The position numbers were made by a program, and so were the translations under genes. Below, one piece after another: positions 37,886-46,549 of a DNA stretch of 64,000 nucleotides. This DNA is from Lachnospiraceae bacterium (GTDB lineage: Bacteria > Bacillota > Clostridia > Lachnospirales > Lachnospiraceae), in contig JAKSRR010000014.1 in NCBI GenBank assembly GCA_024403455.1, forward strand, positions 3,246 to 67,245, written 5' to 3'. The number at the start of each line of letters is the position of its first letter. The stretch's first letter is position 1. The notes under the pieces were generated by a model that was given only the letters and a program-made list of their open reading frames with translations, was not told the DNA's origin and ran no database searches.

Positions 37886-38674
37886 ATGCTTAGAGAAAAT
37901 GAAAACATCGTAGGGCTATCAAAAGAAAAACAAAATATTTTGTTAAGTATTATGAGGCTATTAGTTCTTAATGATATTGACTGCGAATATACCTTTCTGC
38001 TTAGACACAAAGCTAAAAAGATGAAGAGAAACTGGCTTTTAAAATGGCAACAGGATGTACTTAGTGAATATAAAGAAATCCATGGAGCTGATGCCAGGAT
38101 AGAGTGGCTTAATAGAAAGGACGTGTCAGCTATTTTCAAAGAAGAAAAAATGGATACGCCCTGGGTGAAAACCATTCTTTTGGAAGCAATGCTATTTAGA
38201 CCATATTTCCCATATAAGAAAGAGTTAAATGACAAAGGCGTAGATATTTCAGCAAAGAAACATAAGTCACTTCAAAGAAGAGTATTAGCTTATCGTGAGG
38301 GAAGGGCAGACCGCTATCTTGCAAATCTATTTAGCGATGAGAATGTCAGTAGATGTTTTATCGAAAGCATTCGAAAGTATCAGCAAACATTTGATGGAAA
38401 GAATACGAGGCTTGAAGTTTTCTTTGAAGAATTAAATATAGAAACCGGATTCTTACGTGAAATTATGCTGCCTTTACTAATCGTAGTAGCATTCTCTATT
38501 ACGGGATTATTTAAACTGATTAGTGTATTTGAAATTCAGATGTCATTACTGTACTGTGTCTTATTTACTCTTATTGGCTACCGATATGGAATTCCATCCT
38601 TTAATGAGAAGGTATGTAGCAAAATACGGGAGCGGGATGAAAAATTCAGAATGAAATATAGAGAAAATGCTTAA
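37886..38674 (+). CDS. Hypothetical protein with two C-terminal TM helices
   Basis: GAGGAGG RBS; hydrophobic C-terminus. Confidence 0.6.
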   Translation: MLRENENIVGLSKEKQNILLSIMRLLVLNDIDCEYTFLLRHKAKKMKRNWLLKWQQDVLSEYKEIHGADARIEWLNRKDVSAIFKEEKMDTPWVKTILLEAMLFRPYFPYKKELNDKGVDISAKKHKSLQRRVLAYREGRADRYLANLFSDENVSRCFIESIRKYQQTFDGKNTRLEVFFEELNIETGFLREIMLPLLIVVAFSITGLFKLISVFEIQMSLLYCVLFTLIGYRYGIPSFNEKVCSKIRERDEKFRMKYRENA

Positions 38675-38690
38675 ACAGAAAGGTAAGGTA

Positions 38691-38721
38691 TTGACTGCAC
38701 GCTAGCGTGCAGTCGTACTCT
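38691..38721 (+). promoter_or_regulatory. MerR-type promoter, 19-bp spacer, perfect 22-bp palindrome
   Basis: TTGACT-N19-TACTCT with GACTGCACGCTAGCGTGCAGTC; near-identical to 20131. Confidence 0.85.
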
Positions 38722-38759
38722 TACAGGGACTAGAACTTTGTATTAGGGAGGATTTGAGT

Positions 38760-39668
38760 ATGAAAAGGAAACAAATGATGTCATTGTTATTAGCAGGTGT
38801 ACTGAGTGCATCTATGCTTGTGGGATGTGGCGGAGGAAGTAATATAAGCATTCCATCACTACAGAAGGAGTCCTCTGAAAAAGAGGATACGGAAGAGAAA
38901 GAAGAAAAAGAGGAGAAGGAAAAAAAGGAACAGGAAGAAGTCAAAACAGAAGAAGTTACTAAAGAAGAGGAGATAATCGTGGAACCAGAAGAAGAGAAGT
39001 CAGAAACAGATGATGAAAAACCTTCTGGTACCGTAAAAGATCTATCTGAGGTATCAAGCTATGAAGATATAAAGGTCATTGTTGATAATGACATAGCATT
39101 AACGATGGAGGCATTGTATGCAGACTTTGAAGAAATAAAGGGAATAATTCCTGATTATAAGTCATATATCGCACATAAAGATCTTGTAGATGCCTTCTAT
39201 AAGGAGATTACTGATACAAACAAGCTTCTTTGCTTAAAAGCAGAGTATTATGCCACTATTTATGCAAGGTTTGTCTTAGCAAATGAAAAGTCTGATGATG
39301 TATATGATAAGATCGATATCATTTATGATGACATCTATGATGGTGTTATAGATGATATTTATGATGAAATCTATGGTGGCATTATAGATGAAGTGTATGA
39401 CTATTTCTATGATGGAGTCATTGATGATGGTTATGACCTTGCAAACTATTCGGAGTGGTTTGAGTCATCAACAGAGGAATATGGCAATTGGATGTCTGCA
39501 GGAACTAAGGTATATAGCGACTGGATGGCAGCGGGTTCTGAGGTATATTCCTTCTGGATGTCACTGGGAACAAGCACATTTATGGGAGTCTCCGATTCTG
39601 CCTGGGATACCATAGATAAGTTTGAAAAAGATGTTCTCGAAGAGATAAAAGAGCTATCGGAAGAATAG
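38760..39668 (+). CDS. Very acidic lipoprotein with 11-12-residue helical repeats
   Basis: Lipobox LVGC; IYDDIYDGVIDDIYDEIYGG and YxxWMxAGxxV repeats. Confidence 0.75.
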   Translation: MKRKQMMSLLLAGVLSASMLVGCGGGSNISIPSLQKESSEKEDTEEKEEKEEKEKKEQEEVKTEEVTKEEEIIVEPEEEKSETDDEKPSGTVKDLSEVSSYEDIKVIVDNDIALTMEALYADFEEIKGIIPDYKSYIAHKDLVDAFYKEITDTNKLLCLKAEYYATIYARFVLANEKSDDVYDKIDIIYDDIYDGVIDDIYDEIYGGIIDEVYDYFYDGVIDDGYDLANYSEWFESSTEEYGNWMSAGTKVYSDWMAAGSEVYSFWMSLGTSTFMGVSDSAWDTIDKFEKDVLEEIKELSEE

Positions 39669-39760
39669 TACTTACGAATAAAAGCGAATATTGTCTTAGG
39701 AGTTTTGGAAACTGTCATCAAGTTAATAATTTGTTAGAATCGGTGTAACTAAAGAATCAG

Positions 39761-39797
39761 AAAGAGAGTGAGAACGTTTTGTTCCTCTCTCTTTTTT
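39761..39797 (+). terminator. Intrinsic terminator
   Basis: AAAGAGAGTGAGAAC...GTTCCTCTCTCTTTTTT. Confidence 0.55.
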
Positions 39798-39947
39798 GTT
39801 CGCTTTCACCATAAGATAGACTGTAAAGTTTATCCTTTTTTAGCAAGTTATGATACTCTATATTAGGAAAACCATGAAGGTCTTAAAGAATACCATAGTT
39901 ACGAGAATAATTATCGAGAAAAAGCAATCTGTTGCGAGTGAAGAGCC

Positions 39948-40718
39948 ATGCACAGACAAATGGATGTTGATAGAGAATGGTATAGAAGCGAGTTCATGAA
40001 CCATGAGTTTATGGACGAACACCGCCCTCTGGAAAGAGAGCTTTCTTTCTATGAGGCAGTGGTAGAGGGCGATATGAAACTGGTGAAGAAGAACTGTAGA
40101 GAGAAGGATTTTTCCAATCCAGAAGGTATGGGAAAACTTTCAGAAAATCCTCTGCAGAATCTTCGATATCATTTTGTGGTTACTGTGGCCATGATTACCA
40201 GATACTGTGTACACGGAGGCATGGAACAGGATAAGGCATATTCGCTTAGTGATTTTTATATTTTGAAAATGGACAAGTGCCAGAATGTGCATGAAATTTC
40301 GGATTTGCATGATATTATGTGCATGGACTTTTGTGAGAAAATGAATGCCTTAAAGAAGAGCATGGTGCTCTCTAAGCCCATTGTGCTTTGCCTAGATTAT
40401 ATTTATACGCATTTGCATTATAAGATCTCTTTGGATGAACTTTCCGAGGAAACGGGATTATCTAAGAACTATATATCCGCCCTATTCAAACAGGAAATGG
40501 GGATTACATTAAATGTTTATGTTCAGAACATTAAAATCGAAAAAGCATGTAATCTACTCAGATATTCTGATTATACCCTTACGGACATTGCTAATTATTT
40601 GGCATTTTCCTCAGAAAGCCATTTTATCGCCAATTTTCAGAAGATAATGGGAATAACACCGGGACAGTACCGGAAGAACCACTTCCGTTCTGATTGGGAA
40701 AAGATCAAAAAGTCATAA
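39948..40718 (+). CDS. AraC-family transcriptional regulator
   Basis: C-terminal double HTH: LSKNYISALFKQEMG, IANYLAFSSESHF..F.K..GITP. Confidence 0.93.
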   Translation: MHRQMDVDREWYRSEFMNHEFMDEHRPLERELSFYEAVVEGDMKLVKKNCREKDFSNPEGMGKLSENPLQNLRYHFVVTVAMITRYCVHGGMEQDKAYSLSDFYILKMDKCQNVHEISDLHDIMCMDFCEKMNALKKSMVLSKPIVLCLDYIYTHLHYKISLDELSEETGLSKNYISALFKQEMGITLNVYVQNIKIEKACNLLRYSDYTLTDIANYLAFSSESHFIANFQKIMGITPGQYRKNHFRSDWEKIKKS

Positions 40719-40750
40719 TAACTTACACGAGAAAACTCGGAGGTAGAATC

Positions 40751-42655
40751 ATGAAAAGAAATCAATGGAAAGTATCATTGGCGGGATTACTATGTGTATC
40801 CCTTTTGGGCTGTGGAAGCAGTGCCAGTGGTGACGTGGACGTCCTTGAGATAGTAGTGCCGGGGCAGGTGGAGGCGCAGAATCAGCCACAGAACCCACCA
40901 GCAGAGCAGATAGTAGAAGAACAAAAGCCTGAGGAGCAGGTACAGCAGAGCCGTTATGCGGGTATGGACGTAGAAGATATTTTGGCATCCCTGACCCTAG
41001 AGCAGAAGGCAGCGCAAATGGTACTGCCGGCTATTTATGAGACATCACCACAGGAAATGAAGGAGTATTGTTACGGAAGCGTTCTTTCTAAATCAGAGTC
41101 CTTAACTTATGACAGATGGGTTTCTACAGTAGATGAATTTCAGGCAGCAGCAATAGATTCCCCAAGTGGTGTGCCCTTCTTTTATGGACAGGATGATGTG
41201 CATGGCGTCAATTACAGTGCAGGAACCGTTTTGTTTCCTCATAATATCGGAATGGGTGCAGCCAATGATCCGGAGCTAATGTATGAAATCGGACTCATAA
41301 CGGCAGATGAGGCAAAGCTCTGCCACATGATTTGGAATTATGCTCCCTGTGTTGCCCAGTCTGTTGATCCCAGATGGGGACGTACCTATGAAAGTTATGG
41401 TGCGGATTTAGATATCATTACCAATCTAAGTGTTTCTTATACAAAAGGTCTTATTGATGGTGGCGTCATTGCCTGTCCGAAACATTTCTTTGCAGATGGA
41501 AATGTGGTCTATGGAACAGGAGAGAAATCGGAAGTGGACCGCATTATCGATAGAGGAGATTCTGCATTATCAGAAGAAGAGATAGAAGAACTTCTTGCAG
41601 TATATCAGGAGCTTATCGATGTGGGAGCACAGAGCATTATGATTAGCCATTCTTCATTAAATGGTGTGAAGATGCACGAAAATGCAAAATATATTCAGTA
41701 TCTGAAGAATGAAATGGGCTTTGAAGGATTTATTGTCAGTGACTGGGATTCTGTGCAAAATACTTCCCCTGCAACCTATAAGGAGCAGGTTATTACTGCT
41801 GTAAATGCCGGAATCGACATGCTGATGGAGGTATCCACTTATAATGAAGCGATGCAGATTATCGTGGATGCTGTACAGGCGGGAGATATTATGGAAGAAA
41901 GAGTGGATGATGCTGTAAGAAGAATTTTGACAGTGAAAAAGGATATGGGCCTTATGGAAGATCCATTCCTTAAAAATATGGTAACGAAAGAAAAGGCAAC
42001 AGGTAGCGAGAATTATAGGGCTGTTGCAGAAAAGGCCGTAGAGGAAAGTCTTGTTCTTATAAAAAATGATAACGATATTCTTCCTATAAAAGAAGGTACA
42101 AAGGTATATGTATGCGGTCCGGCTGCCAATAATGATGTTGCCCAGTGTGGTGGATGGACCATTGATTGGAATCGCAGCTATCTGGAGGACATTCCGGGAC
42201 TTACTACTTTATTAGAAGGTTTTAAGAAAGTGGGAGCCGATTGCGGTATTGAAATCATTACAGATAAGAGACATGCTGAGGAAGCGGATGTCGTGATTGT
42301 TTGTGTGGGTGAGGATGCCTATGCAGAGTGGAATGGAGATACAGAGGATTTAGCTCTTTGCGGAGATATGGGCTTAGAAGGTAACCAGAGTGCCATTTTA
42401 CAGGCAGAAAAACTGGGAAAACCTACCATTGCCTGCATTGTTGCTGGTCGTCAGGTCATTATTGAGCCCTACGCAGATGACTGGGATGGCATTGTTATGT
42501 GTTATCTTCCCGGATCCGAAGGGCAGGGTGTTGCCAATGTTCTCTTTGGAAAGGCAGATTTTTCTGGAAAACTTCCTAGTCCCTGGTATAGCTCCATCAG
42601 TCAGATTGGAACAGGGGATGCATGGTTAGAGAAAGGTTATGGATTAAGCTATTAA
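40751..42655 (+). CDS. GH3 beta-glucosidase/exo-glucanase lipoprotein
   Basis: Lipobox LLGC; DDVHG, DPRWGRTYESY, KHF, VSDW nucleophile, LPGSEG. Confidence 0.93.
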   Translation: MKRNQWKVSLAGLLCVSLLGCGSSASGDVDVLEIVVPGQVEAQNQPQNPPAEQIVEEQKPEEQVQQSRYAGMDVEDILASLTLEQKAAQMVLPAIYETSPQEMKEYCYGSVLSKSESLTYDRWVSTVDEFQAAAIDSPSGVPFFYGQDDVHGVNYSAGTVLFPHNIGMGAANDPELMYEIGLITADEAKLCHMIWNYAPCVAQSVDPRWGRTYESYGADLDIITNLSVSYTKGLIDGGVIACPKHFFADGNVVYGTGEKSEVDRIIDRGDSALSEEEIEELLAVYQELIDVGAQSIMISHSSLNGVKMHENAKYIQYLKNEMGFEGFIVSDWDSVQNTSPATYKEQVITAVNAGIDMLMEVSTYNEAMQIIVDAVQAGDIMEERVDDAVRRILTVKKDMGLMEDPFLKNMVTKEKATGSENYRAVAEKAVEESLVLIKNDNDILPIKEGTKVYVCGPAANNDVAQCGGWTIDWNRSYLEDIPGLTTLLEGFKKVGADCGIEIITDKRHAEEADVVIVCVGEDAYAEWNGDTEDLALCGDMGLEGNQSAILQAEKLGKPTIACIVAGRQVIIEPYADDWDGIVMCYLPGSEGQGVANVLFGKADFSGKLPSPWYSSISQIGTGDAWLEKGYGLSY

Positions 42656-42685
42656 ATTATTGTAAGGCTTTCGTGGGTTACATAA

Positions 42686-43261
42686 ATGAGTCGAATTATA
42701 TCATTAACGGAAAATCAGATTAAAAGAATTTATTGTCGGCATATGCTTAAGGATTTCCCTGCCAGTGAAAGAAAGCCCCTTTCTATGATTATGAAAGGGG
42801 TTCGTAAGGGGACGTATGAGTGTCTAGGTTTTCGCGAGGGGAAAGCATTATTAGGCTATGCTTTTTTTCATAAAACGGGGAAGAATTATCTTTTCGATTA
42901 CCTAGCTGTGGTGCCGGGGAAGAGAAACCAAGGTATCGGCGCGGCATTTTTGAAGGAACTATCATCCTATTATAAAAGAGTGGGAAGTGTGATAGGAGAG
43001 GTGGAGGATCCGGACTGTGCTGAGACGGAGGAAGATCGCATATTACAAAAAAGACGCTATGAATTTTATATGCGAAATGGGTATGTGGATACGGGCATCA
43101 GAGTGCATTTATTCGGCGTTCATTACCGTGTGATAAAGATGCAAAATGGAAAAGGGCAGACGAAACAGGAACTTGTCAGTATTTATAAGAAACACTATAT
43201 GTCGTTTTTACCATTTTACCTATATTTGCCGAATGTCAGAGTCAAAAAGTCATTTACGTAA
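42686..43261 (+). CDS. GNAT family N-acetyltransferase
   Basis: DYLAV...RNQGIG, RRYEFYMRNGY. Confidence 0.85.
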   Translation: MSRIISLTENQIKRIYCRHMLKDFPASERKPLSMIMKGVRKGTYECLGFREGKALLGYAFFHKTGKNYLFDYLAVVPGKRNQGIGAAFLKELSSYYKRVGSVIGEVEDPDCAETEEDRILQKRRYEFYMRNGYVDTGIRVHLFGVHYRVIKMQNGKGQTKQELVSIYKKHYMSFLPFYLYLPNVRVKKSFT

Positions 43262-43379
43262 AGATATTATGTAAGTTGACCCGTCAGGTCAGTTAACATA
43301 GCATCAAAATGTGGATGACATAAACTTGCAGAAAGACGTCAAATCCGTCATTTTATAAATTTGATTGGTATGAGGGAAT

Positions 43380-43787
43380 CTATATTTGAATCCCGAAATA
43401 GGCGAAGAGCTTATCTACATCTAGTATATACATATGGGAGTCCCAGTCGTCTTCCGATTGATATTTTTGTACGGAAATAGGGCAGCGGCAGTAGGCATCA
43501 AAGTTTGCTTTGATCCAGTCATAGACATAGCGATTTACCCCATTCCATATATAAAGAATATTCTGTGGTTTCCCAAATTTTGCATACAGGTGGCTGAGCA
43601 GTTTCTGCATGGTCAGCTTTCCAATGCCCTGATTTTTGTATTCTTCGTTGGTATACCAACCTGTGACCTGCCAGTCCTCTTTGGTGTCTAGATTAATCAT
43701 ACATTTGCAAACAAGCGTTTCCCCGATGGAGTAGGTACATTTAAATACTTCATTGGGGAATTCTTTTATTTCTAAAGTTGGTTCCAT
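43380..43787 (-). CDS. GNAT-like protein
   Basis: TNEEYKNQGIGK motif A. Confidence 0.65.
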   Translation of the reverse strand: MEPTLEIKEFPNEVFKCTYSIGETLVCKCMINLDTKEDWQVTGWYTNEEYKNQGIGKLTMQKLLSHLYAKFGKPQNILYIWNGVNRYVYDWIKANFDAYCRCPISVQKYQSEDDWDSHMYILDVDKLFAYFGIQI

Positions 43788-43927
43788 AAAGAAGGGTCTC
43801 CTAAGATTAATATATTAATATATGATTATATGATATGATTGTAACATACTGGGGAGATGGTGGAGAAAGAAGTGTGCCCTAGTGCGTGTGGGAGATGACA
43901 AGTATTTTGCTGGGAAAGGAAGGGACT

Positions 43928-44446
43928 ATGAAAAAGATAATTCCAATGATTTTAATAATTCTGTGCCTATTGGTGTCAGGATGCGGAAAAAAGGAAGATT
44001 ATGTATTTTATTCTACAGAGGATAATTGGATTGGTTTGAAATCTATCCAAATAGGCAGTGATTATCTAGAATTTGAAATTGATGAAAGTATGATTATTAG
44101 CAAAAGCAATACAGGAATCAGAGGATTTAGTTCAGATTCTGATAGGTATTCACCAAGCGTGTTTTACCATGAAGTTGGAGAGAATCATGGACAAAAAGCA
44201 ACAGATGTACAAATCACGCAGAAAAAGAATGGATTTATTATCAGAATCAACTATCCAGATGCGGCAAACATAGATAGAGTAAGTTTAGGCGATGCAAATA
44301 TCACCCATTTTGAATGTCCGAAAATTGAAGAACCTCTCTATGGAGGCGAAGTAGTTGATTATTATAGACAGAACTATAACGCAGCTAAAGAAACCTGGGA
44401 TGACTTCAGTGTGGAAGAGGTATTTTTCCCTATGACGGAATATTAG
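43928..44446 (+). CDS. Hypothetical lipoprotein
   Basis: MKKIIPMILIILCLLVSGC lipobox. Confidence 0.75.
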   Translation: MKKIIPMILIILCLLVSGCGKKEDYVFYSTEDNWIGLKSIQIGSDYLEFEIDESMIISKSNTGIRGFSSDSDRYSPSVFYHEVGENHGQKATDVQITQKKNGFIIRINYPDAANIDRVSLGDANITHFECPKIEEPLYGGEVVDYYRQNYNAAKETWDDFSVEEVFFPMTEY

Positions 44447-44450
44447 TAAC

Positions 44451-44483
44451 AGGGACGGTCCTTTTGGGATGTGGAGTGTCCCT
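44451..44483. repeat. REP-like imperfect palindrome (inverted copy of 21781)
   Basis: AGGGACGGTCCTTTTGGGATGTGGAGTGTCCCT. Confidence 0.75.
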
Positions 44484-44560
44484 TTGGGTAGGTGAAAGGT
44501 GAATTTTTATCATATCTAATGATGACCCAGAAGGATCGTCCCCGATGTATCTAGAAAAGT

Positions 44561-44629
44561 TCTAACAAGATCTAACAAGTTCTAACACAAATAAAAAGTT
44601 CTAACAAGACCTAACACAATCTAACAAAT
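44561..44629. repeat. Six 10-bp CTAACA-core repeats arranged 3+9bp+3
   Basis: TCTAACAAGA TCTAACAAGT TCTAACACAA ataaaaagt TCTAACAAGA CCTAACACAA TCTAACAAAT. Confidence 0.85.
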
Positions 44630-44639
44630 ATTCCGCACC

Positions 44640-45668
44640 CTATTGTCTCAACAGGAATTCTTTAAATCTGGGTAAGGTGAATTCCAAATATCCATAATGG
44701 GGATTGCTGATAATTCCCTTTTTGATGAGTCTTTTGCGATAGACTGTGAATTTATTTGATTCCATTCCAGCAATATGTCGTAGCTCATCAACTTTTCCAG
44801 AGTCACTCTCGCATAATGCTTGTAGGACTTTTATATCAAGTTCTGACAGTTCAGAATAGATTTTATCGTAAACATATTCTTCTAACATCTCATCGAAATC
44901 GGCCAAAACCTCTGTATATGGTTGCTTATATTTAAAACAAAGATATCCTAGTACTTGGTATGCAAATGCGTATCCATTTGTAACTAGAGCCATTTCATCT
45001 GCAATCGCAGGAGTAACAGAAAGTAGATTTTTATAGGAATCTGAAATTTTTGCAAGGCTCAAAGGTTTTAAAACTACTTTTGGTGCACGATAAAGGAAGG
45101 TTAGAGTTTCTTCATTTTGGAGATTGCTGATATTTTCATAAAGACCTGTCATTAATAGAAAGACATTATAGTTTTTTCTGATATAAATCTGAAACTGACT
45201 AGCAAACTCCTTTATTTGTTTATTGTTTGTTACCTCATCAATGGCAATAAGTACTTTTTTCCCTTTTTGTGTAAGGATTTTTAGTTGTCGATCCAATGCG
45301 ATTTCAGCTGTTTGAATAGGTGTTTCACCAGATATTTCGATTTGAAAATTAGGTAGAGAAACGCTAATCTTTGCTTCTTTAAATATTTTAGACAGGGATT
45401 TGTTAACGTAGAGCTCTGCAACGAGAGCTTCTAATAAGTCCTTTTCAGGACTGATTTCTGCTACAATCCAATCTTTGGAAGAAGCCAGCTCTCTGCAGAT
45501 GGAAGTCATGGTCACGGTTTTTCCACAACCACGTACACCGGTAATCATACAAACCTGGTATTCAGGATTGTTTGACTGGAAGGTTTCAACGATTTCTAGC
45601 TGTTGCATTCCTCTTCCTATATAATTTGTGGGTTCTTTGCCAAATGTGAAAGTAAACGAATTTTCCAT
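44640..45668 (-). CDS. AAA+ ATPase (archaeal-ATPase/Cdc6-like) with C-terminal winged helix
   Basis: FGKEP.NYIGR, ITGVRGCGKT, IAIDEV, TNGYAFAYQ, wHTH YRKRLIKKGII...G..EFTLPRF; GGAG RBS before ATG 45668. Confidence 0.85.
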   Translation of the reverse strand: MENSFTFTFGKEPTNYIGRGMQQLEIVETFQSNNPEYQVCMITGVRGCGKTVTMTSICRELASSKDWIVAEISPEKDLLEALVAELYVNKSLSKIFKEAKISVSLPNFQIEISGETPIQTAEIALDRQLKILTQKGKKVLIAIDEVTNNKQIKEFASQFQIYIRKNYNVFLLMTGLYENISNLQNEETLTFLYRAPKVVLKPLSLAKISDSYKNLLSVTPAIADEMALVTNGYAFAYQVLGYLCFKYKQPYTEVLADFDEMLEEYVYDKIYSELSELDIKVLQALCESDSGKVDELRHIAGMESNKFTVYRKRLIKKGIISNPHYGYLEFTLPRFKEFLLRQ

Positions 45669-45681
45669 GGAAGACACTCCT

Positions 45682-45808
45682 TTTTACAACCTTTTACAAC
45701 TCTGAAAATATTTTACAACCTTTTACAACCTTTTACAACTTCGAATATCTTTTACAACCCTTTACAACCTTTTACAACTTTAATTTTCTTTTACAACCTT
45801 TTACAACT
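45682..45808. repeat. Ten TTTTACAAC(C/T) 10-mers in blocks of 2,3,3,2 separated by 9-bp spacers
   Basis: Directly visible; 39-bp higher-order period; abuts the ATPase RBS. Confidence 0.9.
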
Positions 45809-45935
45809 TTCCCCGCCGAGAGTCTCCCATTAAATTATCATTAAGATAGCAGATTGTCAGGGAAAGAGGGATATAATATAGAAGTAAAATATTGTTATTA
45901 TAAGGAAAAATATTATTAATTAGGAGAAATTTGAG

Positions 45936-46478
45936 ATGAAAAGAATGTTTTGTTGCGTAGTAACCGGTATTTTGTCATTTTCTGTATTAGTAGGCTGCGG
46001 AAGCAAGAATGCAGGGGCAAAAGAGGAAGCGAAGATAGAAGATCCAGGTACGGTTGTAATCGAACAGCCAGTTTCCGAAAAAGATACTGTTGTTGAGGAA
46101 GAAACAGCAGTATTAGATACAACAACAGAAGATCAGGAATTAGCTGTGTTAGAAACAACAGAAGATCAGGACTTAGCTGTATCAGAAACGATCACAGATG
46201 AGCAGGCATTGGCTGCTATCCAGAACTATTGCTACATTAGTAATCCAAGTCTTGTGGATATTGTAAACGAGGGACAGTATGCAGTGTCCTGGGAGGTTTC
46301 TTCCAGTGATGAAAATGAAATAGTAGTTTTATATATTTCCTATACGGGAGCACAGGTTCGCTACTACATTGATCGTAATACAGGGGATACCTATGTTACA
46401 GAATTCGTTCCTGGAATCCTCGATGAGGAAGAGCAGACCGACGAACGATTTAATGTAAAAGATTATTTCGATCAATAA
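45936..46478 (+). CDS. Hypothetical lipoprotein
   Basis: Lipobox LVGC, acidic linker with TTEDQ.LAV repeats, C-term SYTGA..RYY domain. Confidence 0.75.
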   Translation: MKRMFCCVVTGILSFSVLVGCGSKNAGAKEEAKIEDPGTVVIEQPVSEKDTVVEEETAVLDTTTEDQELAVLETTEDQDLAVSETITDEQALAAIQNYCYISNPSLVDIVNEGQYAVSWEVSSSDENEIVVLYISYTGAQVRYYIDRNTGDTYVTEFVPGILDEEEQTDERFNVKDYFDQ

Positions 46479-46549
46479 TATTTATAGGGACAGGGAGCAG
46501 AGAGATTTTTTGTGATGAGTATAAGGTAGTCTTAATACAGGAAGCTAAG

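Noticed and set aside
45682-45808. CRISPR mini-array or real ORF 45603-45833
   Set aside because: Units are 10-mers with 9-bp gaps; the ORF is only the translation of the repeat.
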